64,000 bases of DNA from Candidatus Omnitrophota bacterium (GCA_023247055.1 JAHFHF010000002.1:16710-80709), one strand, 5' to 3'; numbered from the stretch's first letter, positions 1-9,137 are shown. Program-made: numbers and translations. The notes: generated from the letters alone by a model not told the origin.

Positions 1-298
1 CTGCGGTTTGGCGGATGATAGCTTTCTTTCTTTCCATTTTGAGCGTCTTGATCTTGTTCACCTGTTCATCGCTCAGTCCCAAGGCCTTTTGATGATCCAC
101 AAAAAAATGCGCTTTTTTCATGAACATCTCAACCAGCGGGCAGCCCCCTGAGGCTTTGCCGCAGTCACCGTGATCACAGCCGCTTTTTCTCAGGGAGCAT
201 TGCCCGTGTTTGCAGCCGCCGTGGTTGGCAAAAACAGGCGCCGCCGCCAGGGGCAATGCCAGAAGAGTCAAAATTAAAAAAGCGTATAATTTTTTCAT
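1..298 (-). CDS. Secreted/periplasmic protein with Cys/His-rich N-terminus, Spy/CpxP/ZraP-like (partial, runs off window start)
   Basis: Manual translation from ATG at 298: MKKLYAFLILTLLALPLAAAPVFANHGGCKHGQC...LGLSDEQVNKIKTLK. Signal peptide, LxLTxEQ-like motif, GGAGG SD upstream. Not in the ORF track. Confidence 0.65.
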   Translation of the reverse strand, partial: MKKLYAFLILTLLALPLAAAPVFANHGGCKHGQCSLRKSGCDHGDCGKASGGCPLVEMFMKKAHFFVDHQKALGLSDEQVNKIKTLKMERKKAIIRQTA

Positions 299-416
299 AA
301 TGCACCTCCGGTTTCATTTAGAACTCATTTTCAAGATACGATTTGATATTAACGGCTGCTGGACTCAAAGTCAAAAGCCCTTTTTAAATTTACGCCATTT
401 TTACCTTTTTAAACCC

Positions 417-506
417 TGTTATCCCGCCTCAGCTTGGAAGCCAAGATACCAAACGGCGTAGCGGATTTTCCGAATTTTAATGGCGAACATGCGGGTTAAA
501 ATGACA
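417..506 (+). repeat. Degenerate copy of the GTCATTCCCGC/58-bp-module repeat family
   Basis: tgttatcccgcctcagcttggaagccaagatac resembles tgtcattcccgcctctgcgtggaagccgagac; ends in catgcggg...atgaca. Confidence 0.5.
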
Positions 507-547
507 CGACAATGGTAGAATAGCAGTTCTTTAAAAAGGAGAACCTT

Positions 548-1120
548 ATGGCTGTCATTCCTGCCAATGAACTCAAGAAAAAACTTTATATTCTCGTAGA
601 AGGTATTCCTTATCTGGTGCTGGATGTCCAATTTGCATCCCCTTCCGCGCGCGGGGCCTCCACGATGGCCAAAGCCCGCCTGCGCAATCTTTTAAACGGC
701 TCCGTCCAGGACAAGAACTTTAAAACCAGTGAAAAATTCAATGAAGCGGATGTTGAAAAAGTTCCGGCTGCTTTCCTCTATGCGGCGGAGCCGGATTATC
801 ATTTCATGGATAATGTCACCTATGAGCAGTTTGCCCTGAGCGCAGACAAACTCGACGAACAGCGGCTTTATCTGAAAGAAGGGCTGGAAGTGCAGGCCTT
901 AAAATTTAACGGCGCGGTTGTTTCGCTTGAATTACCCGCCGTAGTAGAACTTGCGATTTTGGAAACCGAACCGTCCATCAAAGGCACTTCTTCATCGGGC
1001 CGGTCAACTAAACGCGCGAAACTCGAAACCGGCCTTGAAGTCCAAGTGCCGCTCTACATTGAGCCCGGCACGATTGTGCGCGTCAACACACAGACCGGCG
1101 AAGTTTCAGGAAGGGCTTAA
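548..1120 (+). CDS. efp: Elongation factor P family protein, EfpL/YeiP-type loop
   Basis: 190 aa; loop SPSARG, YHFMDxxTYEQ, KxAKLETG, VPLYI; AAGGAG SD. Confidence 0.9.
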   Translation: MAVIPANELKKKLYILVEGIPYLVLDVQFASPSARGASTMAKARLRNLLNGSVQDKNFKTSEKFNEADVEKVPAAFLYAAEPDYHFMDNVTYEQFALSADKLDEQRLYLKEGLEVQALKFNGAVVSLELPAVVELAILETEPSIKGTSSSGRSTKRAKLETGLEVQVPLYIEPGTIVRVNTQTGEVSGRA

Positions 1121-1210
1121 AAACGTTGTTTACGGATGCTTTCCTTATGCGTCCGAGGCAGCGCACCTGCGCAACAAACGTAAGGGCGAAGTGAGCGGTC
1201 GAACTTAAAC

Positions 1211-1268
1211 GTAGGGGCCGGTTCTAAACCGGCCTTTAGCACATAGCGGGTTATGAACCCGCCGCTAC
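1211..1268. repeat. GTAG-type REP pair (inverted doublet)
   Basis: GTAG-gggccggtt-cta-aaccggcc ... gcgggtt-atg-aacccgc-cg-CTAC; the terminal CTA is the desaturase stop codon. Confidence 0.7.
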
Positions 1269-2440
1269 GCGGCAGCGGCGCTTAAGAGAATTTCGCGGAG
1301 TTGCAGCGGATGATACTGGATCAAGCGGGACCAGCGTTCGTAGGCCTCTTGAAAAACCCGTTGGGCTTCGCTGATTTTTTGCGCGGCCGCGGTTTTGAGT
1401 TCTTCGGAGTGCGCGGCCATTTGTCCGCGTACAAGCGCCCGGTAACTACGCACAGCCTCTTCCCAATGGGCCAGCGTTTCGCACACCCGGGCATGCTGCA
1501 GCGCAAGCTGCTCCAGCGGTTTTACCATCAAAGAATTGGCGCCTGAATTCGTCAGCGAATGGCGCGTGCTTAAATTCTCACCGGCCAGCCGCGCTTCAAG
1601 AATGCGGAAACGCGACGTGCGTTTTAAATCCCAGGCCATGCCCAAATGCGAAATGATGCGGATTAGCCATTTGCTGGGGTCGAAATCAAACCAGCGCACG
1701 CCATTGCGGTAATCCACGGGGAACTTGTGGTGAAAATTATGATACCCTTCGCCAAAGGTGATGAGCGCCACAAGCCAATGGTCTTTGGCTGTCGCATCGA
1801 CGTCATAGGTGGCTTTACCAAACATGTGGCAGACCGAATTAATACAAAAGGTCGCATGATAAACAAAAGTCAGACGCAGGCAGACGGCGAATAAAAAAGC
1901 GCTAAGCGCCTGCCCAAAACAGGCCCCGATTAGCACCGGTGTAAGAATACCGGCCGTCACGGCCCAGACCCCGTAATAACGGTCTTGATGCATGATCATC
2001 GGGTCTTTTTGAAGATCCAGCGCATTTTCAAAATGAAACGGATGTTTCCAGAAAACCAGCCAGCCGATATGCGCATACCAAAATCCCTTTTTAATACTGT
2101 AGGGGTCCCGGTCCGTATCGACGTAACGGTGGTGATCACGGTGTTGAGACGACCATCTCAAAGCTGACTGCTCAAAAGCCGCAGCGCCAAAAAATAAAAA
2201 TAAAAACCGGATAAGGCCATTGGCTTTGTACGTGGTGTGAGCAAAAAGCCGGTGGTAGCCCGCCGTAATTCCCATGCCCGTGGCCGCGACATAAAAAAGA
2301 AAAAGTCCGGTATCCAGCGTGGAAAGATCGTAATGAGCCAGATACCACGGGCAGCCAATCAATGCAGCCAGTGTTGTGACTGCAAAGAAAACCAGATTAA
2401 GCCAAATAATTTTTTTTGTAGAATGGGTCTGTGTTTGCAT
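1265..2440 (-). CDS. Delta-9-type membrane fatty acid (acyl-CoA) desaturase with C-terminal helical extension
   Basis: His boxes GYHRLFAH, HRDHH, YHNFHH; DYRNG..W...DPSKW. Confidence 0.9.
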   Translation of the reverse strand: MQTQTHSTKKIIWLNLVFFAVTTLAALIGCPWYLAHYDLSTLDTGLFLFYVAATGMGITAGYHRLFAHTTYKANGLIRFLFLFFGAAAFEQSALRWSSQHRDHHRYVDTDRDPYSIKKGFWYAHIGWLVFWKHPFHFENALDLQKDPMIMHQDRYYGVWAVTAGILTPVLIGACFGQALSAFLFAVCLRLTFVYHATFCINSVCHMFGKATYDVDATAKDHWLVALITFGEGYHNFHHKFPVDYRNGVRWFDFDPSKWLIRIISHLGMAWDLKRTSRFRILEARLAGENLSTRHSLTNSGANSLMVKPLEQLALQHARVCETLAHWEEAVRSYRALVRGQMAAHSEELKTAAAQKISEAQRVFQEAYERWSRLIQYHPLQLREILLSAAAA

Positions 2441-2517
2441 AAAAGGCTTCTGAAACTCCTCCTGACAAAGTATACCCTTTGGGTAAGCGGTCCGTATCTG
2501 CCGGACGCAACATATTC

Positions 2518-2658
2518 TAACTTGAGTTTGGCACTTTTCCCTCTCCCCTGTGGGGAGAGGGTTAGGGTGAGGGGAAATTCAAGCGATCATCCCCCTCATC
2601 CTGACCTTCTCCCCCAAGGGGGAAGAAGGAATTCCTGAAAAATGCCAAACTCGAGTTA
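2518..2658. mobile_element. MITE-like element: 22-bp terminal inverted repeats around a CCCTCTCCC-type palindromic doublet
   Basis: taacttgagtttggcacttttc (2518-2539) vs gaaaaatgccaaactcgagtta (2637-2658), 20/22 complementary; inner ccctctccc..gggagagggt..gtgagggg / cccctcatcctgaccttctccc..ggggaagaagg. Confidence 0.6.
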
Positions 2659-2722
2659 TAACTTAAGGTATTATATCGAGTTATATTAAATAACGGCAGC
2701 CAGAAGGTAAAAATTCAAAAAA

Positions 2723-3211
2723 TTACGCTTGCAGCAAACTCCGCAGCATCCAAGCAGTTTTTTCATGCACCTGCATACGCTGGGTCAATAGTTCGATCGT
2801 GACTTGGTCGTCGGCTTTTTCAGCCAGCGGGAAAACGCCTCGGGCCGTCTTGATGACCGCCTCATGACCTGAGACGAGAGAACGGATCATATCTTCCGCT
2901 TTTACGGGTCCTTTATCTTCCTTGATTGAACTTAAAGCCACGAACTCAGCATACGTCCCCGGCGCCGGCAGCCCTAACGCACGAATCCGTTCGGCAATCA
3001 AATCCACGGCCGTCCAAAGTTCATTGTAATGCTGTTCAAACATCAAATGCAGCGTCTGAAACATAGGCCCGGTGACATTCCAATGAAAATTATGTGTTTT
3101 TAAATAAAGTGTATAAGTATCTGCCAATAAATGGGATACGCCCTGCGCAATTTGCTTGCGTGATTTTTCCGCAATGCCAATGTCGATGGGAATGGATGAC
3201 GGGATGGCCAT
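2723..3211 (-). CDS. dps: Dps DNA-binding ferritin-like protein
   Basis: [30 protein letters not shown]. Confidence 0.95.
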   Translation of the reverse strand: MAIPSSIPIDIGIAEKSRKQIAQGVSHLLADTYTLYLKTHNFHWNVTGPMFQTLHLMFEQHYNELWTAVDLIAERIRALGLPAPGTYAEFVALSSIKEDKGPVKAEDMIRSLVSGHEAVIKTARGVFPLAEKADDQVTIELLTQRMQVHEKTAWMLRSLLQA

Positions 3212-3396
3212 GTGTGAGAACCTCTTTCGCTTCTTGAATGCTTTATTATACTATAAAAACTCCTATAAAGACGTATCTTTTCTAAACCAGGATCATGCCA
3301 TCCTTAACGGTGAGCATTACGGCTTCAACGCATTTGTCACGCGCCACGCGGCGATTGAACTTCCGTAAAAAAACTTAAGCCTAGGCTAACGCCGGT

Positions 3397-3405
3397 TGCT
3401 ATAAT
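3397..3405 (+). promoter_or_regulatory. Extended -10 promoter (TGcTATAAT), probably giving a leaderless mRNA
   Basis: TATAAT at 3400-3405, 7 nt before the GTG start at 3413; no SD. Confidence 0.55.
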
Positions 3406-3412
3406 CCGTGCC

Positions 3413-4135
3413 GTGAAAATAAGCCTGCCCTTTGCTCATCTCCGGCGGCGTGAAATGGAACCTGAGGTCATGGATGATCCGGCGCTGGATGCCGGTTTGC
3501 ATGAAGAGGCTTTGGCCCAGCTGCGCAGAATTTTTTGGCTCAGCCGCACGGCCCAGCCTGTCTGGGATATCCTTGAACGTTTCAGCCGCGAAAAAAATCT
3601 TATGCCCCTGCGCGGCATTGACATCGGAACCGGCGGCGGCGATCTGCCGCTGGCCATTACCCAAAAAGCAAATTTGTGTAAAATTCCGTTGACTCTCGAC
3701 GGTGCCGACATCAGCGCAACGGCTCTGAATTGCGCTTCGCAAAATGCGCAGCGTAAAAAACTCAGCGTCCGGTTCATTAAGTTCGATATTAAAAGCGGCG
3801 GCATTCCTGCGCATTATGATTTTCTGGTCTCAAGTCTTTTCCTGCACCACCTGACGCCTGAAGAAATCGGCTCGTTTTTCAAAATCCTGCAAACTTCAAA
3901 TTTGAAACTCGCTATTTTTACGGACTTATTGCGCTCCATTCCCGGCTGGCTTCTGGCCCATCTCACAACCTGGACCCTGACTCCCTCGCCCGTTGTCAAG
4001 AAAGACGCGCTGCTTTCGGTCAAAGCAGCCTATACCCTGGACGAAATCTGTGAAATAGCCCGGGAATCGGGCCTTTCCAAGATTGAGTTGAAAAAAATCT
4101 GGCCGGAGCGATTTTTGCTGGTCTGGAAACGTTGA
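3413..4135 (+). CDS. SAM-dependent methyltransferase-domain protein (type often found beside type III PKS genes)
   Basis: E.MDDP N-terminal motif, DIGTGGGD SAM motif, SLFLHHL, D..RS. Confidence 0.8.
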   Translation: MKISLPFAHLRRREMEPEVMDDPALDAGLHEEALAQLRRIFWLSRTAQPVWDILERFSREKNLMPLRGIDIGTGGGDLPLAITQKANLCKIPLTLDGADISATALNCASQNAQRKKLSVRFIKFDIKSGGIPAHYDFLVSSLFLHHLTPEEIGSFFKILQTSNLKLAIFTDLLRSIPGWLLAHLTTWTLTPSPVVKKDALLSVKAAYTLDEICEIARESGLSKIELKKIWPERFLLVWKR

Positions 4136-5307
4136 AGTCCCGCTGGGAAGTCATCGTCATTGGGGCAGGGCCAGCCGGCGCCATGACCGCTTTCCGGCTG
4201 GCCCGTTCCGGTGTCCGCGTCCTGCTCGTCGACAAAGCTGCCTTCCCCCGTGTCAAAGTCTGCGGCAGCTGTTTAAATGCGCGCGCGCTGCGAGAATTAA
4301 AAAATGCCGGCCTCGGCCACTTAACAGTCATAGAAAAAGCACTGCGCCTTGAAACTTTTACTTGGATGCGCGGCGGCCGCAGGCTGCGGATTCCGCTCAG
4401 CGCAGAAGTGGGCCTTTCACGGGAGCGGCTTGACCAGCGGCTTGTTTTGGAGGCTTGCTCTGCAGGCGCAGAGTTTTGGGATAATGCTTCAGCAACGGTT
4501 GAAACTGCGGAGGCCGGCGCTATTTTTCCGAGGAAATCTTCATCAACGGACGGCTGCATCCGTGTGCATGTGCAAACCCCGCAGAAAAATTTCGTTCTTG
4601 AGACGGAGATGGCCGTTATTGCCGGCGGACTCCAAGGCGGGATTCTTAAAAATGTTCCGGAAAATATCCGGGTTGAAAAAAATTCTTATCTCGGAGCCGG
4701 CACACTTTTGCACAACGGCACAGCAGCCTACCCTGCCGGAACATTGTTTATGGCGACGGCCTCGCAAGGCTACTGCGGACTAGTGCGGCTGGAAGACGGC
4801 CGGTTGAATATGGCCGCCGCTTTTTCCGCGCAGGCGCTGAGTCATGAAAAAAGAATACCGGCGGTTATTGCCGGTATTCTGCGCGAGGCGGGCGCGGACA
4901 TTCCGGAAGGCCTGGAACATGCGGCTTGGAAAGGCACCCCTAAACTGTCACGTTACTGCCGCAATCCTGCGGGCAGGCGTTATTTTGCTTTGGGCGATGC
5001 CGCTGGCTATATCGAACCGTTTACAGGCGAGGGCATTTATTGGGCTTTGGCCCAGGCGCGTTTACTGACCGATTTGATGAAGCCGCATGCGTTTCGGTGG
5101 CACGAGTCCTTGGCAGATGAATGGAAAAAAATTCATTCGGCGTTTCTATGTCAAGAAACACGGACCTGCCGTGCCGTCACGCCGCTTTTGCGTTCGTCTT
5201 TTTGGTCCGCGCAGACGTTCGCGCTTTTTGAACGGTTTCCACGGCTGGCAGCATGGACGGCGCGCCGTTTGAACGGCGCGGTGCGGTTTATTGACGGATC
5301 AGCTTGA
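4132..5307 (+). CDS. FAD-dependent oxidoreductase (geranylgeranyl reductase/FixC-like)
   Basis: GAGPAG dinucleotide motif, FPR.KVCG, LGDAAG..EPFTGEGI; start overlaps the methyltransferase stop. Confidence 0.85.
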   Translation: MKSRWEVIVIGAGPAGAMTAFRLARSGVRVLLVDKAAFPRVKVCGSCLNARALRELKNAGLGHLTVIEKALRLETFTWMRGGRRLRIPLSAEVGLSRERLDQRLVLEACSAGAEFWDNASATVETAEAGAIFPRKSSSTDGCIRVHVQTPQKNFVLETEMAVIAGGLQGGILKNVPENIRVEKNSYLGAGTLLHNGTAAYPAGTLFMATASQGYCGLVRLEDGRLNMAAAFSAQALSHEKRIPAVIAGILREAGADIPEGLEHAAWKGTPKLSRYCRNPAGRRYFALGDAAGYIEPFTGEGIYWALAQARLLTDLMKPHAFRWHESLADEWKKIHSAFLCQETRTCRAVTPLLRSSFWSAQTFALFERFPRLAAWTARRLNGAVRFIDGSA

Positions 5308-5611
5308 GGGTCATCGAAGCGCCATTGCTCCAGGGCCAGAGCATGGCCATTTCGGAGCGGCTGTTCTGCAGGCGGTAGTAAAGAACTTGGTTGCCTTGAA
5401 CGCCGCCGTAGGCTTTGCTGTATTTCGTAGCATCCGCCGAGGGCGGTTTGCCCTCGGGTTTGAGCGGCGGACCAAAGCAGGATTCCAGCAGGCCGTTCAA
5501 CGCAACCAGATTCGCGGCGCCAAAAACCGCTTCGCAATAATCAGCTTCACGCGCACGCTTTTCCTCGCACGGAATTTTTTGCACCTGCTCGAGCAAATCT
5601 TCGAAAGTCAT
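5288..5611 (-). CDS. Hypothetical protein (107 aa)
   Basis: Protein-like composition; TAGAAT -10 just upstream of the ATG. Confidence 0.6.
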   Translation of the reverse strand: MTFEDLLEQVQKIPCEEKRAREADYCEAVFGAANLVALNGLLESCFGPPLKPEGKPPSADATKYSKAYGGVQGNQVLYYRLQNSRSEMAMLWPWSNGASMTLKLIRQ

Positions 5612-5620
5612 GCCTGCATT

Positions 5621-5785
5621 CTAAGCTTTGTCCTTTTCAACAACAACGACTTTCGGATTGTCATCTTCGAGAGCTTCATCCACCGCAACACCGGTTGCCG
5701 CTCCCGCGCCAAACCAGGCTGCCGCGCAGCCGGAATGGATCAAAATCACCGCCAGTAGAATCAGCGTTTGAATTTTTGCTTTCAT
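5621..5785 (-). CDS. Small lipoprotein (54 aa) with Gly/Ala zipper
   Basis: Manual translation MKAKIQTLILLAVILIHSGCAAAWFGAGAATGVAVDEALEDDNPKVVVVEKDKA; lipobox-like SG-C; purine-rich SD. Confidence 0.65.
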   Translation of the reverse strand: MKAKIQTLILLAVILIHSGCAAAWFGAGAATGVAVDEALEDDNPKVVVVEKDKA

Positions 5786-5958
5786 AGTCTCTTCCCCCCT
5801 TTTATCCGACGCGCCATCGTAGAGGGCCTGCAGGAAGCTTGCTATAGGGCCATCCCTTAGAAAAGATTAGGTTAAGGCCGGATGGCTGGAGGTTGAAAGG
5901 CGGCTTTTAATAAGCCTGGTTTTATTTTAAGCATTTCACAAAATTAAGGGAGGGTGTT

Positions 5959-6876
5959 ATGAGACAGGCATTTCTACACGAACAAGAAGCGGCCGCTGAG
6001 CGCCCGGTCGACCTTTGGCGCGAAAGCGGATTTCATTCGACCATTCGCTGGGGAGCCGTTTTTGGAGGCTGGCTGGTTGCAACGGCAGTCGCGCTGCTGC
6101 TTTATGCTGTCGGTCTCAGCCTTGGAATCGGAACGATCAGCGCCGCGGATGCGGAGATTTTCAGTAAAAAAGTAGTCGTCATTTCCGGAGTTTGGATGCT
6201 GATCACCTGGCTTACGGCGCTTTACTTCGGGGGCTATTTTACAAGCGCGGCCTCCAAAGATCTCGCCTGGAACAATGTCGTGCCGCAGGCCGTTTTAGTC
6301 TGGGCCTTGTCGAATATTCTGACAATTCTGGTCGGCGTCACCAGCGTTGGCGCGACCGGCATCACGGGCACACTGGCCGCAGGCGAAGCCGTCGGAGGCA
6401 TCGGCGCAGGCTTAACCGCTTCCTCCTCTTTTACGGCCGGCCAAGCGGCGGATATCAGCGGTAGAAGCGTTGCCTCTTCGTTTCAAGCGGAATTGAAACG
6501 CACGATCGGCCGGACGATGGCCGGAAAATCGAATGATCCCCAGACTCTGCGGACAGCTGCTGAAGCGATCGACGCAAGAGCGCTTGCGGCTATTTCAACG
6601 GCTTTTTTAACCGGCGGACAAGAAGCCGCTGAAGACGCGCTGGCGGTGCACACTTCTCTCAGCCGCGCTGAAGCCGACCAGGTCACAAGCAATCTTGCTG
6701 CTGAAGCCCGTGAAGCCAGAACCAAAATCGAGGCTGCTAACGACAGGGCCGCCGCCTATACGGTTGCGGCTTTGTGGACAGCTATTGGGATCAGCTTATT
6801 ATCGCTTTGGACCGCGATTCAAGGGGCAAAACGAAGCGCAGCCCGGACTCTCACATCCGAGGCCTTCGCCTTATAA
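5959..6876 (+). CDS. Multi-pass membrane protein of unknown function
   Basis: IRWGAVFGG motif, 3 N-terminal TM helices, Ala-rich soluble region, C-terminal TM; GGGAGG SD. Confidence 0.75.
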   Translation: MRQAFLHEQEAAAERPVDLWRESGFHSTIRWGAVFGGWLVATAVALLLYAVGLSLGIGTISAADAEIFSKKVVVISGVWMLITWLTALYFGGYFTSAASKDLAWNNVVPQAVLVWALSNILTILVGVTSVGATGITGTLAAGEAVGGIGAGLTASSSFTAGQAADISGRSVASSFQAELKRTIGRTMAGKSNDPQTLRTAAEAIDARALAAISTAFLTGGQEAAEDALAVHTSLSRAEADQVTSNLAAEAREARTKIEAANDRAAAYTVAALWTAIGISLLSLWTAIQGAKRSAARTLTSEAFAL

Positions 6877-8092
6877 AATAAAACGCCGCTCCCAGTCCAA
6901 GCACAAGGCTGCCTGAAAGGACTGAGGAAAGCGGCAGGCTCAATGCCAGCAAAGCACAAGCCATAAACCCTGCAGCGGCCAGGCGGCGGGGGTGCTGGCG
7001 TTTTTGCGCAGGCAGCGTCCAGGCAGACGCATTCGTAATCGCATAATAACTCAGCACCGTGAATGCGCTAAAACCAATGACTTCACGAATATCTCCAAGA
7101 AAAATCAAAAGCCCGGTTAAAAGCCCAGCGGCAATCTCGGCGCGGTAAGGCGTTTTAAAGCGCGGATGCACAGCGGCAAACCAAACGGACAAATCTTTTT
7201 CAGCGGCCATGGCAAAAACGGTACGGCTGATTCCTAAAATCAGCGAAAGCAAAACTCCCAGCGCGGCAAAAACGGCTCCGATTTTGACAATAGGCGACAC
7301 GAAAGCAAAACGCCCCGCTTCAACCGCTTGGAGTAAAGGCGCATGGGCATGCGCCAGAGATGCGGGATTGATCGTAAGCAGCAGGCTCATCGTGACGATG
7401 AGATAGAGGGTCAAAACTGTTATGAGTGCAATCGCAATGGCTTTGGGAATAGTCCGGCGGGGTTTAAGAACCTCTTCCCCCAAAGTCGCGATGCGCGCGT
7501 ATCCGGCAAACGCAAAAAATAAAATGCCCGCAGCCTGCAAAATTCCATACGTGCCGCGGCCGCCCGCCGCCAGACGGTTCGGATCCGCCTGTCCGCCCCA
7601 AAGCAATGCGAACACGGCCACGGCCAGGGAACTCAGCACAACCACGAGTAAAACCCAGGTCATGCGCACTGTTTTTTGAATGCCGAAATAATTGACGGCG
7701 GTCAAAACAGCGACAGCCGCAAGAGCAAGAAGTTTGGCATGCGCCGGAAAAACATAAAAGCCAAACGTCAGGGCGGCCGCCGTGCAGCTGGCCAATTTGC
7801 CGGCGATAAATCCCCAGCCCGCAATCCAGCCCCAAAATGGATTGAGTTGTTTACGTCCGTAAACATACGTGCCGCCGGACTGCGGATAAAGTGCTGCTAA
7901 TTGCGCGGAAGAAGAGGCGTTGCAGTACGCGGCAAAAGCGGCGAGCAGCAGACTGACAAGAACGCCGGAGCCCGCAGACTCGATCGCAAAGCCGAGGGCG
8001 GCAAAAACGCCCGAGCCCAGCATGGCACCCAGCCCAAGGGCCGCAGCATCCGCCGTATTTAAACGCCGCGCTAAACGGCTTGGTTCATCCAT
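6851..8092 (-). CDS. APC family amino acid permease
   Basis: GAMLGSGVF, SGGTYVY, FFAFAGY..IATLGEE..P.RTIP, HPRFKTP. Confidence 0.9.
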   Translation of the reverse strand: MDEPSRLARRLNTADAAALGLGAMLGSGVFAALGFAIESAGSGVLVSLLLAAFAAYCNASSSAQLAALYPQSGGTYVYGRKQLNPFWGWIAGWGFIAGKLASCTAAALTFGFYVFPAHAKLLALAAVAVLTAVNYFGIQKTVRMTWVLLVVVLSSLAVAVFALLWGGQADPNRLAAGGRGTYGILQAAGILFFAFAGYARIATLGEEVLKPRRTIPKAIAIALITVLTLYLIVTMSLLLTINPASLAHAHAPLLQAVEAGRFAFVSPIVKIGAVFAALGVLLSLILGISRTVFAMAAEKDLSVWFAAVHPRFKTPYRAEIAAGLLTGLLIFLGDIREVIGFSAFTVLSYYAITNASAWTLPAQKRQHPRRLAAAGFMACALLALSLPLSSVLSGSLVLGLGAAFYFIRRRPRM

Positions 8093-8141
8093 ACACTAAA
8101 GACGGAGTTGTTTTTGGACAATCAGCGGTCCGAAAACAAGT

Positions 8142-8999
8142 TTAATGCGAAAAGGATGCGATCAGTGCAGGGGAAGTGCGTTTCAAATCCCACGCTAATC
8201 CTAAGCGCGAGAAAAGATAAATGATCCACTTGGAAGGATCCCAATGATACCAGCGAATTCCATTGCGGTAATCATTTGGAAAACGGTGATGAAAACTGTG
8301 ATAACCTTCGCCGTTGGTCAGGACTGCGCCCAGCCAATGATCGGTCGCGGATTCATTCTCATTGTAACGCCGGCTGCCGATCATGTGCGCATACGAATTG
8401 ATAAAAAATGCGGCATTCATCACCAGAAACATTCTCAAACACACGGCCATTAAAAATGCTCCGAGCAGATGCCCCGTCCAGTAACCGATCACAAGAGGCA
8501 AAAGAATGCCGCTCACGAGCGCCCAGAGGTCGTAATAGCGATGTTGATGCATGATGAGTTTGTCCTGCAACAAGTCTTTGACATTGTCCTGGTTGACGCT
8601 ATGTTTATAAAAAAGAATCCATCCGATGTGGCAATACCAAAAACCCCTTTTGGAATTGTGCGGGTCTTTATCCGTATCGGTAAACTGATGGTGCTGGCGG
8701 TGCTGGGAAGACCACTTCAGAGCGGATTCTTCGTACGTTGCAGCGCCGAAAAAAAGCAGTAAAAAGCGGACAACAGAATTCGTTTTGTAAGTGACGTGCG
8801 CGAAGAGACGGTGATAGCCAACGGTAATGGAGAGGCCTGTTGCAAAAAAATAGAATAAAAAAAGCGTCAGTTCCGGCGCCGAAAGGCCCCGGTGATAGAT
8901 ATACAGCGGGGTTCCGAAGACGCCGCAGCTGATCAAGACCGCAAATAAAACCACTCCCGCCCATTTGGTCTTGCGTTTTGGAAGGCCGTATTCTCCCAT
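8142..8999 (-). CDS. Second Delta-9-type fatty acid desaturase (no C-terminal extension)
   Basis: His boxes GYHRLFAH, HRQHH, YHSFHH; start placed at ATG 8999 after AAGGA. Confidence 0.9.
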   Translation of the reverse strand: MGEYGLPKRKTKWAGVVLFAVLISCGVFGTPLYIYHRGLSAPELTLFLFYFFATGLSITVGYHRLFAHVTYKTNSVVRFLLLFFGAATYEESALKWSSQHRQHHQFTDTDKDPHNSKRGFWYCHIGWILFYKHSVNQDNVKDLLQDKLIMHQHRYYDLWALVSGILLPLVIGYWTGHLLGAFLMAVCLRMFLVMNAAFFINSYAHMIGSRRYNENESATDHWLGAVLTNGEGYHSFHHRFPNDYRNGIRWYHWDPSKWIIYLFSRLGLAWDLKRTSPALIASFSH

Positions 9000-9137
9000 A
9001 TCACCACATCCTTCCTTAATTTTTTTAGTACTTTCAAGGGCCTTAACGCGGCAGCTTCTTAAAATAGCCGCATCATTCTGCGCTGAGAAACTCGACACAA
9101 TTTAGGGGTTGAAATAACTCCGGACAGAAATAATGAA

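Noticed and set aside
951-1208. +1-frame 85-aa ORF as a real gene or frameshifted EF-P isoform
   Set aside because: No slippery site or SD recognised; only the last 7 codons look meaningful and they are treated as a relic.
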